From an uncultured Gemmatimonadales bacterium (lineage in GTDB: Bacteria > Gemmatimonadota > Gemmatimonadetes > Gemmatimonadales > GWC2-71-9), in NCBI GenBank assembly GCA_963828735.1, contig CAWHFW010000005.1, forward strand, positions 2,560,001 through 2,624,000: a DNA stretch of 64,000 nucleotides, read 5' to 3'. The notes under the pieces were generated by a model that saw only the letters and a list, made by a program, of their open reading frames with translations, had not been told where the DNA came from and made no database searches. Both the position numbers and the translations under genes were made by a program. Of the stretch, positions 49,626 to 60,329 are shown in pieces; the stretch's first letter is position 1, and each line of letters begins with the position of its first letter.

Positions 49626-52320
49626 AGTCGTACGACACCGAGACCGTGAACCGCCTCGGCAGGATGGGCCGGGCCAGGAAGATCGGGTTGCCGCCCGTGG
49701 TCAGGAGGCGCGGGTTGCCTTCCTCGAGACCCTTGCTCTGAAACGCGTTCAGCAGGTCGACACTGATGCGCGTGCCCGTGTTCGGCAGCGCATACCCCGC
49801 GCCGAAGTTGAAGTAGTTGTAGGCCGGGAGGGAGATCCCGAGCGTCTGGTCCACCGGGCGCGAATCCACCCAATGCCAGTCCGCCTTCAGCTGGAAGCCG
49901 GTGCGGGGCAGCGTGTACACGCCCGCGAGGTTGGCGAGCGACGTCGGCACGCCGTTGATTCGGCTGCCGATGTCCGCGCCGGCGCCGGTCCCGAGCTCGG
50001 CCTTGAGCAGCGTAGCCGTGCCGAAGAACTGGAAGCCGTTGAACACCGATGCTACCGCCTCGAGCTCGGCCCCGTAGGCGTTGTTCTCGGGCGAGGTGGT
50101 GATGATCCAGGTCGAGCCGCCCGTCACCGGGTCGATGACCAGACCCTGGCTCACGATGTTGGTGAGCTTGGTGTAGAAACCGTTGACCGTGAACCCGAAC
50201 TTCGGGGTGGCCACCTTCACGCCCCCCTCGAGCGACTTGACCGTGCGCGAGTCGAACAGGTCCACCTGCGCTTCCGCCTGCGCGTTCAGGAACTCGTCGA
50301 GCGCCGGCATCTTGTAGCCGCGCGACCCCGAGGCGAAGAGCGAGAGATTAGTGGACAGCCGGTAGTTGAGGCCGATCGACGCGGCCCAGTCCGTCAGGCT
50401 CTTGTCGAAGTGGCGGAAGCTGTTATTGCCGAAGGTCTCGTTGTTGAACGTCGTGGTCGAGTCAAGGTCGAGGTCGAAGGTGGACGTGTTTTCCGAGCTC
50501 TGCACGAAGTTGTCGTACTCGACGCGGCCGCCGACGTCCGCGCGGAGCCGCTCGGTGATCTGAATTTCTCCACCGAGAACGCCCGAGGCGACGGACGCCT
50601 GGCCTGAGCCGTTGGCGTACCCGGACAGGTAGTTCAGGAAGCCGTTCTGGGTGATCGCCCTCGGCGTGCCGCCCGGCGTCGTGACCACGGCGTCGAGGAA
50701 GCGCGGGTTGTCGCGGACGTCGGTCAGGATCTGAGTGAAGAACCAATGGTTGTCCTGCGAGTAGTTCGCGAAGTACGCGCCCGCGGAGAAGATGTGCGAC
50801 TTGATCTGCTTCCGCACCTGGAGCTGATCCTGGAACGCCGAGATCGGCTTGGAGACGTGGATGTCCTGGCCTGGGGCGACGAGCCCGTTCGGTGTGTCGA
50901 ACGGCGCGTGAATCTTGCCGGAGGCGTCGAAGTGATTGGTGAAGGTCAGCGCGATGGTCGAGCCGGCCGGCAGCTCGAGGCCCGCCTGGCCCTTGGGCAG
51001 GCTGAGGAAGTCCGCGACGGTCATCGCGCTGGACGGCACGAGGGCGTTCCACTCCTGCTGGTTCTGCATTACCTGCGCGGTGTTCTGGATGTGCCAGTTG
51101 TTGTCGAGATCGAACGCCGCGTCGGCGGTCAGCCAGCCGGCCGAGGTCTTGAGGCCGTTGTCGAGCGGCAGCGTCAGATCCCCGGTCGGGATCGGGACGC
51201 GAAGGTCGAGACCTTCGTTGGTGTTCATCGACCCGTAGTCGCTGAAGCCGGGAACGAACTGCGGGTTGTTGGCGTCGGTGAACGGAAGGTCGAGAATGAA
51301 CTGGTTGCGGTCCGCGATCACCTTGCCGGTGAGCCGGATGTAGCCATTGTGCAGATTGCGGGTGAGGCTGGCCTTGGCCTGACCGCCCCGGATGCCGGGG
51401 TAGCCGGGGTCGCGCACGCCGTGGTCGTAGCGGTAGAAGCCGCCGACGTTGAACCGCCAGTCCTGCCCGAGCGGCCCGTTGACGTTGAGATCGTAGCGCG
51501 CGAGCCCTTCGGTGGCCGCGGAGGCCCGCATGGAGCCCGCGATCTGATCGCCGCCGCTCTTGTTGATGAAGTTGATGATCGCGCCCGGCGTGTTCGAGCC
51601 GAACAGCGAGGACGCGCCGCCCCGCACGACCTCCATGCGATCGATGTTCTCATCCATGCGGAACAGGTTGTCGGCGTTCATGAAGAAGGTGTGCATGGTC
51701 GGAAACACCGGCATGCCGTCCTCCATGAACATCACGTACTCGACGCCGAGGATACCGCGCATGGAGATGTTCTCGTTCACCTCGCCGCCCGAGCTCTCGA
51801 CCCGCGTGAACCCAGGCACGTAGCGCAGCACTTCGGTCGTGCTGCGGGGCGCGGCCCGCTCGATGTCGGTCGGCGTCATGGTGGTCACGGCGACGCTCGC
51901 ATCGAGGTTGATGCGCGGCGCCTGGGTGCCAGTTACGACCATCGTCTGCAGCTGAAGCGGGTCGCGGAGAAGCGTGAAATCCTGCGTCGTGGTGAGGTCG
52001 GCGGTGACGTTGACGCTGGCCGAGTCGGGCCGGAAGCCCAGCATGCGGACGTGGAGCGTCTGCGTTCCGGGCGGCACCTTCGTGAGCGTGTAGGACCCGC
52101 TGGGTGCGGCCGTAGTGGCGATGGCCGGCGTGACGAGGAAGACCTGCGCGCCGCTAACCCCAGCGCCGTGCTCGTCGACCACCCGGCCGCTGATGGTGCC
52201 GGTCTGTCCGGTCTGCTGCGCTCGCGCGGCGGGCGCGGCGGCGAGTGCCCCGAGGTGCCAGGCGAGCGCCACGGCGAGGATGTGGCGGGGGCGTAGTCGG
52301 TCCCAACGCGGTCGGTTCAT
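49609..52320 (-). CDS. TonB-dependent receptor
   Basis: ATG 52320 with GGAGG; signal ..ARA-QQ; CarboxypepD-like N-domain, VVTGT, plug EVVRGGASSLFG, beta-barrel ending VSYDF. Confidence 0.93.
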   Translation of the reverse strand: MNRPRWDRLRPRHILAVALAWHLGALAAAPAARAQQTGQTGTISGRVVDEHGAGVSGAQVFLVTPAIATTAAPSGSYTLTKVPPGTQTLHVRMLGFRPDSASVNVTADLTTTQDFTLLRDPLQLQTMVVTGTQAPRINLDASVAVTTMTPTDIERAAPRSTTEVLRYVPGFTRVESSGGEVNENISMRGILGVEYVMFMEDGMPVFPTMHTFFMNADNLFRMDENIDRMEVVRGGASSLFGSNTPGAIINFINKSGGDQIAGSMRASAATEGLARYDLNVNGPLGQDWRFNVGGFYRYDHGVRDPGYPGIRGGQAKASLTRNLHNGYIRLTGKVIADRNQFILDLPFTDANNPQFVPGFSDYGSMNTNEGLDLRVPIPTGDLTLPLDNGLKTSAGWLTADAAFDLDNNWHIQNTAQVMQNQQEWNALVPSSAMTVADFLSLPKGQAGLELPAGSTIALTFTNHFDASGKIHAPFDTPNGLVAPGQDIHVSKPISAFQDQLQVRKQIKSHIFSAGAYFANYSQDNHWFFTQILTDVRDNPRFLDAVVTTPGGTPRAITQNGFLNYLSGYANGSGQASVASGVLGGEIQITERLRADVGGRVEYDNFVQSSENTSTFDLDLDSTTTFNNETFGNNSFRHFDKSLTDWAASIGLNYRLSTNLSLFASGSRGYKMPALDEFLNAQAEAQVDLFDSRTVKSLEGGVKVATPKFGFTVNGFYTKLTNIVSQGLVIDPVTGGSTWIITTSPENNAYGAELEAVASVFNGFQFFGTATLLKAELGTGAGADIGSRINGVPTSLANLAGVYTLPRTGFQLKADWHWVDSRPVDQTLGISLPAYNYFNFGAGYALPNTGTRISVDLLNAFQSKGLEEGNPRLLTTGGNPIFLARPILPRRFTVSVSYDFGGTP

Positions 52321-52614
52321 ATGCTGCCTCCAGGGCTGCACTGCCTCGCCCGCGACGCCGCGTGCGCGGTGGCGAGGCGGGTCGCGACGAGGGGTGGGGA
52401 ACGGGGATATGCGGGGAGGTGGAACGGTGGAGCGCGACGTCGTCACGCGGAGCACTCGACAGGACGCGTGCGGTGGTCCGGTTTCGCCCAGGGCTTTCGG
52501 GCGCGGCGATCCCCGCGAGGGGACACGAAGTCTCGAGCGGCATGACGGTTCGTTCATGGTGCGGTGACACTGCGGCCCGGCACGCGAGCGGCCGGCGCAG
52601 CGCCTAGTTTTGTG

Positions 52615-54024
52615 ATGCCTGCCTCGGGGGCGCAAGGTCATGCGTCACATATTGGCCGCCAAGGGCCAGCGGTGTTACCGTGCGAAGGCTCGATCGCGGC
52701 CCCAGCTCCGCCCGGGAGACGTACGCCCACGCCGACCTCCTGTCCGCTCCTCCGCTCCACCGGTCTGCTGCTCGCGCTTCTCCTCACGGCCGGGTGCGGG
52801 CGGGCGCCATCCGGCGGCCCGACCGCGGTCACCTTCCCCGGCAGCGCGCTGGGCGCCGAAGGTGAAGTGTTGCGGCGGCAGCTCGCGCGGTTCATGGCCG
52901 CCCACCCGGAGATCCGCGTCGTGCAGCGGCCCACGCCCGACGCCGCCGATCAGCGGCATCAGCTCTACGTCCAGTGGCTCAATGCCCAGGCGAGCGAGCC
53001 CGATATCCTGCAGCTCGACGTGGTCTGGACGCCGGAGTTCGCCGCGGCAGGGTGGATCCTGGACCTGGACCGGTTTCGGCCGCCACTCGACTCGTTCTTC
53101 CCCGCGACGATCGCGGCCAACCGGTGGCAGGGCCAGCTCTACGCGATGCCGTGGTTCGTGGACGTGGGGATGCTCTACTGGCGCACCGACCTCATGCGGA
53201 GCCCGCCGGCCACCTTCGTCGAGCTCGAGCGCGACGCGGTGCGCGCTCGGACGGTGCAGGGGCTGCCGTACGGGCTCGTCTGGCAGGGCGCCCGCTACGA
53301 GGGCCTGGTGACGGTCTTCAGCGAGTACCTGGGAGCGTTCGGCGGCGCGCATCCTCGACGGCGGGCAAGGTCACGGTGGGCTCGGCGGCGGCCGTCGAGG
53401 CACTCACGACCATGCGGAACCAGATCTACCAGGACGGCATCGTGCCGCAGAGCGCGCTGACATGGCACGAAGAGGAGTCCCGGTTCGCGTTTCAGAACGG
53501 CGAAACCGCGTTCATGCGCAACTGGCCGTACGCGTACCCGCTGATGGAGGACAGCTCCGCCTCGCGCGTAGCGGGCCGCTATCGCGTGGCCGTGATGCCG
53601 TCCGGTCCGGGCGGCCAGCCCACGGCGGCGCTGGGCGGCCAGCAGCTCGCGATCAACGCCAACAGCGCTCACCCCGAGGCGGCCTGGGCCGTCATCGAGT
53701 ATCTCACCGCGCCCGCGCAGATGCTCGAGCGGGCTCGCGGCGTGGGCCAGTTCCCGACGCGGCCCGCGCTGTACGACGATCCCGAGCTCGCCCGATGCGC
53801 TGTCGATTCCGCCGGCGGAAGCCCGGACCGTCATCGAGCACGCCGTCCCGCGGCCGGTCACGCCGGTCTACACCCAGCTCTCGGACATCCTGCAGGTGTA
53901 CCTGCACCGCGCGCTGACCCGGCAGCTGGAGCCGGGGCCGGCGCTCGCGAGCGCGGCGGCCGAGATGCAGGCCCTGCTGGACCGCGTCGGCCTCGGGGAA
54001 GGAGCGATGCGTGCGGCGCACTGA
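52615..54024 (+). CDS. Sugar ABC transporter substrate-binding lipoprotein (trehalose/maltose type); frameshifted, start uncertain
   Basis: Lipobox LTAG-C; LDVVWTPEFA, GMLYWRTDL, YEGLV, FMRNWPYAY, LGG, RPVTPVY. Shifts near 53347, 53362 and 53793. Confidence 0.85.
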
Positions 54025-54937
54025 CGTCGCCGTGACGCCGGCTTCGGCGGAGGGACGCGAGGCCCGCCTGGCATGGGCCTTCGCCGCGCCGGCGGTGGCC
54101 ACGATCCTCCTCGTCGCGCTTTTCCCATTGCTCTGGACCTTCTGGGAGTCCGTGCATCTGCACGACCTGCGCATGCCCTGGCTCGGCCGTCCGTTCATCG
54201 GCGTCGACAACTATCTCGAGGCCATGCGCGACGCCAGGTTCTGCGAGGCGCTGATGCACACGCTCCTGTTCGCGGTCGTGACCGTCACGCTCGAGCTGCT
54301 GCTCGGCTGCCTGCTCGCGCTCGCGATGAACCGCGCCTTCCGCGGCCGGGCGGTGGTGCGCGCCGCCGTGCTCGTGCCGTGGGCCATCCCGACCGTGGTG
54401 TCGGCGCTGCTCTGGCGCTTCATCTTCGAAGGACGTACCGGTATCGCGAACACGCTGCTGGTGAGCCTGGGCCTCGTACAGGAGGGGCCGGTGTGGTTCA
54501 TCCATCCCGACCTCGCGTGGGTGCCGGTGATCCTCGCCGACGTCTGGAAGACCACGCCGTTCGTCGCGCTCCTGCTTCTCGCGGGCCTGCAGAACATCGA
54601 CGCCTCGCTGTACGAGGCGGCCCGCATCGACGGCGCCTCCGCCTGGCGGCAGTTCCGTCACGTGACGCTGCCGCTGCTCAAGCCGGCGATTCTCGTCGCC
54701 CTCATCTTCCGCACGCTCGACGCCTTCCGCGTGTTCGATCTGATCTACGTGATGACCGGCGGCGGGCCCGGCACGTCCACCGAGCCGATCGCCCTGTACA
54801 GCTTCAACGCGCTGCTGCAGAACCTGCGGTTCGGCTACGGGTCGGCGCTCTCGATCATCGTCTTCGCCATCACGTTCGCCCTCGCGCTCGGCTACATCCG
54901 GTTTCTCGGCGCCGGCCTGACGGAGACGCGCCCGTGA
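54011..54937 (+). CDS. Sugar ABC transporter permease (MalF-like)
   Basis: FIGVDNY, PWAIPTVV, DVWKTTPF, EAARIDGA. Confidence 0.93.
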   Translation: MRRTDVAVTPASAEGREARLAWAFAAPAVATILLVALFPLLWTFWESVHLHDLRMPWLGRPFIGVDNYLEAMRDARFCEALMHTLLFAVVTVTLELLLGCLLALAMNRAFRGRAVVRAAVLVPWAIPTVVSALLWRFIFEGRTGIANTLLVSLGLVQEGPVWFIHPDLAWVPVILADVWKTTPFVALLLLAGLQNIDASLYEAARIDGASAWRQFRHVTLPLLKPAILVALIFRTLDAFRVFDLIYVMTGGGPGTSTEPIALYSFNALLQNLRFGYGSALSIIVFAITFALALGYIRFLGAGLTETRP

Positions 54938-55753
54938 GCCGCGAGCCGGTGGGGCACCGCCGCGCTCGTCCTGCTGGTGCTCGCCACCGCGTTCCCGTTC
55001 TACTGGGCCATCGTGCTCGTCCTTCACGCCCGAGGCGCGGCTGTTCCAGGCGCCCTCGCTCGTTCCGCGCGCGCTGGTTCTCGATCACTACCGCGCGCTC
55101 TTTACCCAGCGGGAGTTCTGGGTGCCGATCCGGAACTCGCTGATCGTCGCCGGGACCACCACGGCGTTCTGCGTGACGGTCGGCGGGCTCTGCGCCTACG
55201 CGCTCGCCCGGCTCCGCTTTCGCGGCAAGGCCCCACTCCTCGGCCTGATCCTGGCGGTGAGCGTCTTTCCCCAGATCTCCATGGTGTCGCCGCTCTATCT
55301 GCTGCTTCGCGAGCCTTCATCTCATCAACACCTATCCGGGGCTGATCCTCCCGTATCTCACGTTCGCGATGCCGCTCACGGTGTGGCTGCTGGTCGGATT
55401 CTTCCGGCAGCTGCCGGCGGAGCTCGAGGAAGCGGCGATGGTGGATGGCGCGAGCCGCCTGCGCGCGCTCCGGGAGATCATCTGGCCGCTCGCGATGCCC
55501 CGGGCTTGCTGCCACGGCGATCCTCACGTTCGTGTACAGCTGGAACGAATTCCTCTTCGCGCTGTCCTTCACGCTCGGCCCCGAACGCCAGACGGTGCCG
55601 GTGGCCATCGCGCTGTTCCGGGGTCAATACCAGGTGCCGTGGGGCCAGATCCTCGCGGCCGCGGTCGTCGCCACCGCGCCGGTGGCGCTCCTCGTGCTCG
55701 CGTTCCAGCGCCGCATCGTGCAGGGGCTGACCGCCGGCGCGGTGAAGGGGTAA
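54934..55753 (+). CDS. Sugar ABC transporter permease (MalG-like); about four +1 frameshifts
   Basis: Stitched: FPFYWAIV/SSF..NSLIVA..AYALARLRF..FPQI/..ELEEAAMVDGA/..SWNEFLFAL..QRRIVQGLTAGAVKG. Confidence 0.85.
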
Positions 55754-55756
55754 GCG

Positions 55757-56839
55757 ATGGCCTCCGTGCGGCTCGAGCGGGTCGAGAAGACCTATCCCAA
55801 TGGGCACGTCGCGGCCCGCGGGCTCGACATCGAGATCACCGACGGCGAGTTCATGGTGCTCGTGGGGCCTTCCGGCTGCGGCAAGAGCACCGCGCTCAGG
55901 ATGATCGCGGGTCTGGAGACCCCGACGGCGGGCCGCGTGCTCATCGGCGATCGCGACGTGACCGCCGTCCCGCCGCAGGATCGCGACATCGCGATGGTGT
56001 TCCAGAGCTACGCGCTCTACCCCCACATGACGGTGCGCGAGAACCTCGCCTTCGGCCTCCGGATGCGGGGCACCACGAGGGACGCGATCGCGCAGCGGAT
56101 CGAGCCCATCGCGCGCTCGCTCGGCCTGGATGCCGTGCTGGAGCGGAAGCCGAGCCAGCTCTCGGGCGGCCAGCGGCAGCGTGTCGCGCTTGGCCGAGCC
56201 ATGGTGCGCGACCCGCAGGTCTTTCTGTTCGACGAGCCGCTCTCGAACCTGGACGCCAAGCTCCGCGTGGAGACCCGCGCGGAGCTCGCTCGGCTCCATC
56301 GGCGGCTCAAGGCGACGATCGTCTATGTCACCCACGATCAGGAGGAGGCGCTCACCCTGGGCGGCCGGGTGACGGTCATGCGGGATGGCCTGGTGGAGCA
56401 GGTCGGGCCGCCGATGGACGTCTACCGCCATCCGGCGACCATGTTCGTGGGTGGGTTCGTCGGCTCGCCCGCCATGAACTTCCTCGCCGGCGAGCGGCGT
56501 GGCGACGGATCGTGGGCGGGGGCCGGCGGACTCGCCCTCGCGGCGGAGGGCGGCTCGTCCGGGGACGGGCCGCGCCAGATCACGCTCGGCGTCCGGCCGC
56601 ACGACGTCGCGATCGTGGCGACGGATGCGGGCGACGTGGCGGCGCGCGTCGACGTCATCGAGCCGCGGGGCAGCGAGCTGCTCGTCCACGTACGCCTGGG
56701 CGAGGATGGGCAGGGTCAGGAGGTCAGGGTGGTGGCGCCGCCTGAGCAGTCGCTTGCAGTGGACACGGTGGTGGGACTTCGGTGCGACCGCCAGCGCCTC
56801 CATTGGTTCGACTCCACCACGGGACGCCGGATCGGCTGA
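55757..56839 (+). CDS. Sugar ABC transporter ATPase (MalK/UgpC family)
   Basis: GPSGCGKST, FQSYALYPHM, LSGGQRQR, DEPLSNLDAKLR, THDQ. Confidence 0.96.
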   Translation: MASVRLERVEKTYPNGHVAARGLDIEITDGEFMVLVGPSGCGKSTALRMIAGLETPTAGRVLIGDRDVTAVPPQDRDIAMVFQSYALYPHMTVRENLAFGLRMRGTTRDAIAQRIEPIARSLGLDAVLERKPSQLSGGQRQRVALGRAMVRDPQVFLFDEPLSNLDAKLRVETRAELARLHRRLKATIVYVTHDQEEALTLGGRVTVMRDGLVEQVGPPMDVYRHPATMFVGGFVGSPAMNFLAGERRGDGSWAGAGGLALAAEGGSSGDGPRQITLGVRPHDVAIVATDAGDVAARVDVIEPRGSELLVHVRLGEDGQGQEVRVVAPPEQSLAVDTVVGLRCDRQRLHWFDSTTGRRIG

Positions 56840-56845
56840 GCCGGG

Positions 56846-59578
56846 TTAGCCCCCGGTCGGACCTTCGCGAATCCGAACCGTCCGCTCGAGCTCGTCCATG
56901 TGCTGCAGCACCTTCCGCCGAAGATCGACCGGCAGGCGCGGGTGCTCCTTCAGGTAGTCCCGAACGACCCCCAGCGCCGAATCCCCCGTCTGCCCGCGCA
57001 GGAACGCGGCGAGCCAGGTCTCGAGAAAGAAGATGCGCCGGTGCGCCTGGATGAACGGCAGCGAGTCCAGCGCCGGACCGACATAAGGAAAGGAGAGCGA
57101 GTCCTGCTCGAGAGCGTTGAAGGGCCACAGGCTTCCTGATGCCCAGTCCTCGTTGAGCGACGAGTCGGCGAACCAGCGCCGGAAATACTCCCGCTTGACC
57201 TCCGCGCTTGGCCTGCCGGCGGCCGCGACGAACGCGCGGCGGCGGCCGTCCGCGGTGGTGTCGCGTCGCTCCTGCGCGGCGTACCGCGCCCCTGCGCGCG
57301 GCGCGCCGAGCTCGAGCAGCCGGGTGACGATGTCCCAGCGGGTCGGATCGCGGAGCGGCTCGCCCGCCACGGAGTCGGCAGACAGTAGGCCCTCGAGGCG
57401 CGCGAGGCCGTCAGCGGATGCCGCAAGACCGACGAACGCGTCGACGTACGCCTTGCGCACGCCGTAGGGGCGCGTCGTGTCGGCCGCGCCAGCCCACAGG
57501 ACGCGCTCGACCTCGGTCTGGACGCGATCGCGCGCGGCCGGCAGGAGGTACGCGCCCACGGCGCGATCGAGGCGGCCGAGGATCACGGGCACGATCTGCT
57601 CGTCGGTCTCGCGGGGCAGCTCGCGGAGGGCGAGGCGAATGAAACGTTCCGGCGCCATGCGGTAGCCGCGCACCTGGTCCCAGAGCGCACCCCAGAGCAT
57701 GGCGCGCAGGAACGCATCGTGCACCCGAGCGAGCGCGCCGCCCTCCAGCGCGGTGATGCTGGCGGAGTCGAGCAACAGCAGGAAATAGCCGTGGTCGCGT
57801 GAGTTGGCGAAGACGAGCTCGGGCCTTGGAAGGCCCGTAGCCGCGTGAACCACGGTAGCAGGGCCGCGGAGCTCGACCGGGATGCGCACCGGCGGTCGAT
57901 CACGATAGGCGAGCAGTACTTCAGTGCGCTCGGTCCAGAACGCGTCGGTCGCCGGGATCGCGCCATTTCCTGATTCCCCGGCTGCGGTCCCGCCGCCGGA
58001 GGACGCGGTGCCTGGGCCCGCCTCGGTCGGCGGGCATCCGCTGTCAGCGACGGCGCGGGCGACGGCGCGGAGGACGCAGTCCTTCACCGCCGGGAACTGC
58101 GCCAGCGTCAGCCGCGCGATCCTTCCATCCTCGATCTCGAGCCGCTGCTCCACCACGGGCATCCCGGCCCGCAGCATGAAGTCGCGACCGAACGCGTCGA
58201 GCGGTCGAGCGGCCGCCGTGCCGATCGCGCTGAACAGGTCGCGCCAACCGGCGTTGGCGTAGGCGTACCGTTCGAGGAAGCGGCGCACCCCCGCCTGGAA
58301 GACCGTGTCGCCCACGAGGTACTCGAGCTGCTTGAGCACCGCCGGGGCCTTGTTGTAGACGATCGCGCCGTAGTTGCTCTTTGCCTGGTCGAGGTTGTCG
58401 AGCGCCTGCCAGAGGGGGCGCGTGCCCGCCGTGCGATCCACCGCGTATGCCGACGGCTTGTTCCCCAGGTAGAACGTCTTCCATGCGTCGGCCTCCGGCT
58501 CGAGGTCGGCCAGCGCCTTGGCGGCCATGAAGGTCGCGAACCCTTCCTTGAGCCACAGATCGTCGAACCACCGCATGGTGACCAGGTCACCGAACCACTG
58601 GTGGGCCACCTCGTGGAGGATGGTGGAATAGCGGCCGAGCGTGCGGGGCAGGGTGGGGCGATCGCGGAAGATGAATGCGTCCTCGCTGTAGAATACGGCG
58701 CCAGGGTGCTCCATCCCGCCGAAGGGAAACGCCGGCGCCAGCACGAAGTCGAACTTCTCGAACGGATAGGGGCGCCCGAAGTAGCGCTCCATCCACGCGA
58801 GCGCGCGGGCATTGAGCGTGAGCAGCGTGTCGAGGTCCGCCTCGGCCGCGCGCGAGCGTCGAACGTAGGCGGTGATGGTTCGGCCGTGGATCGTGGCGCG
58901 TGCCGATCGCCACGGTCCGGCCGCGAAGGCGATGAGGTAGGTGCTGATGGGCTTCGTCTGGGCAAAGCGGGTGGTGACCTGCTGCCCGGTGGTATCGCCC
59001 GCCACGGCGGATCCATTCGCGACCACCGACCAGGCGGCCGGGGCCGTGACCGCCAGGCGGACCCGGGCCTTGAGATCGGGCTGGTCGAAGCAGGGAAAGA
59101 GCTGGCTCGCGTCGGCCGGGACGAGCAGGGTGTAGAGGTAATCGCTGCCGTCGGTCGGATCGTGATTACGGATGATGCTCACGCCGCTGGGCGCAATGTC
59201 CGCCACGAATTCCACTCGAAGCGTGTTCTCCCCAACTTGGAGCAGGCGGGCCGGCGCAACGAGATGGCCGTTCGTCGGGATCGCACCAGCGAGGGCCCGC
59301 CCGTTCACCAGGGCGGAGACGAGGCGACGGCCCCGGAAGTCGAGGATCGCGTCGGCCGCGCCGGTACGACGGAAGCGGATCGTCACCGTCCCGACCGCGC
59401 TGTCCCTCGAGGTCACGTCCAGCGCCAGCTCGTAGCGCACGTCGTGGATCGTGGCGGCGCGATGGCGCGCGAGTGCCTGGGAAATACCGGGGACGAGAAA
59501 GGCCGCGGTCGAGTCGGCGCCCGGCCGGGTCATCGAGCCGATCGTGAGAAACAGCAGCGCTGGGAGCGTCGGGGTCAC
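56846..59578 (-). CDS. pepN: Aminopeptidase N (M1 metallopeptidase), exported
   Basis: FPCFDQPDLKA, GGMEH, HEVAHQWFGDLVT..WLKEGF, IVYNK; N-terminal signal. Confidence 0.93.
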   Translation of the reverse strand: MTPTLPALLFLTIGSMTRPGADSTAAFLVPGISQALARHRAATIHDVRYELALDVTSRDSAVGTVTIRFRRTGAADAILDFRGRRLVSALVNGRALAGAIPTNGHLVAPARLLQVGENTLRVEFVADIAPSGVSIIRNHDPTDGSDYLYTLLVPADASQLFPCFDQPDLKARVRLAVTAPAAWSVVANGSAVAGDTTGQQVTTRFAQTKPISTYLIAFAAGPWRSARATIHGRTITAYVRRSRAAEADLDTLLTLNARALAWMERYFGRPYPFEKFDFVLAPAFPFGGMEHPGAVFYSEDAFIFRDRPTLPRTLGRYSTILHEVAHQWFGDLVTMRWFDDLWLKEGFATFMAAKALADLEPEADAWKTFYLGNKPSAYAVDRTAGTRPLWQALDNLDQAKSNYGAIVYNKAPAVLKQLEYLVGDTVFQAGVRRFLERYAYANAGWRDLFSAIGTAAARPLDAFGRDFMLRAGMPVVEQRLEIEDGRIARLTLAQFPAVKDCVLRAVARAVADSGCPPTEAGPGTASSGGGTAAGESGNGAIPATDAFWTERTEVLLAYRDRPPVRIPVELRGPATVVHAATGLPRPELVFANSRDHGYFLLLLDSASITALEGGALARVHDAFLRAMLWGALWDQVRGYRMAPERFIRLALRELPRETDEQIVPVILGRLDRAVGAYLLPAARDRVQTEVERVLWAGAADTTRPYGVRKAYVDAFVGLAASADGLARLEGLLSADSVAGEPLRDPTRWDIVTRLLELGAPRAGARYAAQERRDTTADGRRRAFVAAAGRPSAEVKREYFRRWFADSSLNEDWASGSLWPFNALEQDSLSFPYVGPALDSLPFIQAHRRIFFLETWLAAFLRGQTGDSALGVVRDYLKEHPRLPVDLRRKVLQHMDELERTVRIREGPTGG

Positions 59579-59694
59579 GAGTGGAAGGTACGCGCCCCGG
59601 CCGTCCCTGCTCAGCCGAGCCTGGGCGCCAGCCAGGCGCCGACACGAAAGGAGCCCGTGCTGTCGGCTGCGCCGGGCCGCCCTATATTGCCGCC

Positions 59695-60270
59695 ATGCGA
59701 TACGAGCGGATTATCGCGACCATCATCCCGGCCCTGTGGCTGGTGTGGCTCCTCTACTGGTGGTACAGCGCGAGGGACGTGAAGCGCACCACGCAGCCGG
59801 AGCCGCTTCGATCGAAGCTGAAGCATCGTGTCCCCCTGATTCTCGGGGTCGTGTTGTTCGCCGCACCTCGCCTGGTGCCCAAGCTGCTGACCCGGCGGTT
59901 CGTGCCGGCCAACCTGGTGTACCCGACCATCGGGGTGGCCCTCCTCGCGCTCGGGCTCGCGATCTCGATCTGGGCTCGACGCCACCTCGGGCGGAACTGG
60001 AGCGCCCATGTGGTCGTGAAGGAGGACCACGCCCTGATCCGCACCGGGCCGTACCGCCACGTGCGCCACCCGATCTACACCGGCATTCTGCTCGCGATGC
60101 TGGGCATGGCAATCGCTATCGGGGAGTGGCGGACGCTCGTCGGCTTCGCGTTCATGGTGCTGTCGTTCGCCATGAAGAGCCGCGAGGAGGAGAGCCGGAT
60201 GCGGGAGACGTTCCCGGAGTATGGGGAGTACGAGCGCGGGACGGCGGCGCTTATCCCCTTCGTGTACTGA
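59695..60270 (+). CDS. Isoprenylcysteine carboxyl methyltransferase (ICMT/PEMT) family membrane protein
   Basis: WARRHLGRNWS..LIRTGPYRHVRHPIYTG..EE..FPEY. Confidence 0.9.
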   Translation: MRYERIIATIIPALWLVWLLYWWYSARDVKRTTQPEPLRSKLKHRVPLILGVVLFAAPRLVPKLLTRRFVPANLVYPTIGVALLALGLAISIWARRHLGRNWSAHVVVKEDHALIRTGPYRHVRHPIYTGILLAMLGMAIAIGEWRTLVGFAFMVLSFAMKSREEESRMRETFPEYGEYERGTAALIPFVY

Positions 60271-60329
60271 CGGCGCCGTTCAGGTACGGGCGAGGCTCCG
60301 CCCGTCGCGCGCTCGACGGGCGCTGCGCG

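Noticed and set aside
52611..52650. TGTGA...TCACA half-sites in the sugar-locus divergent spacer, suggesting a CRP site
   Set aside because: The half-sites are far more than 6 nt apart; the imperfect repeat could be chance.
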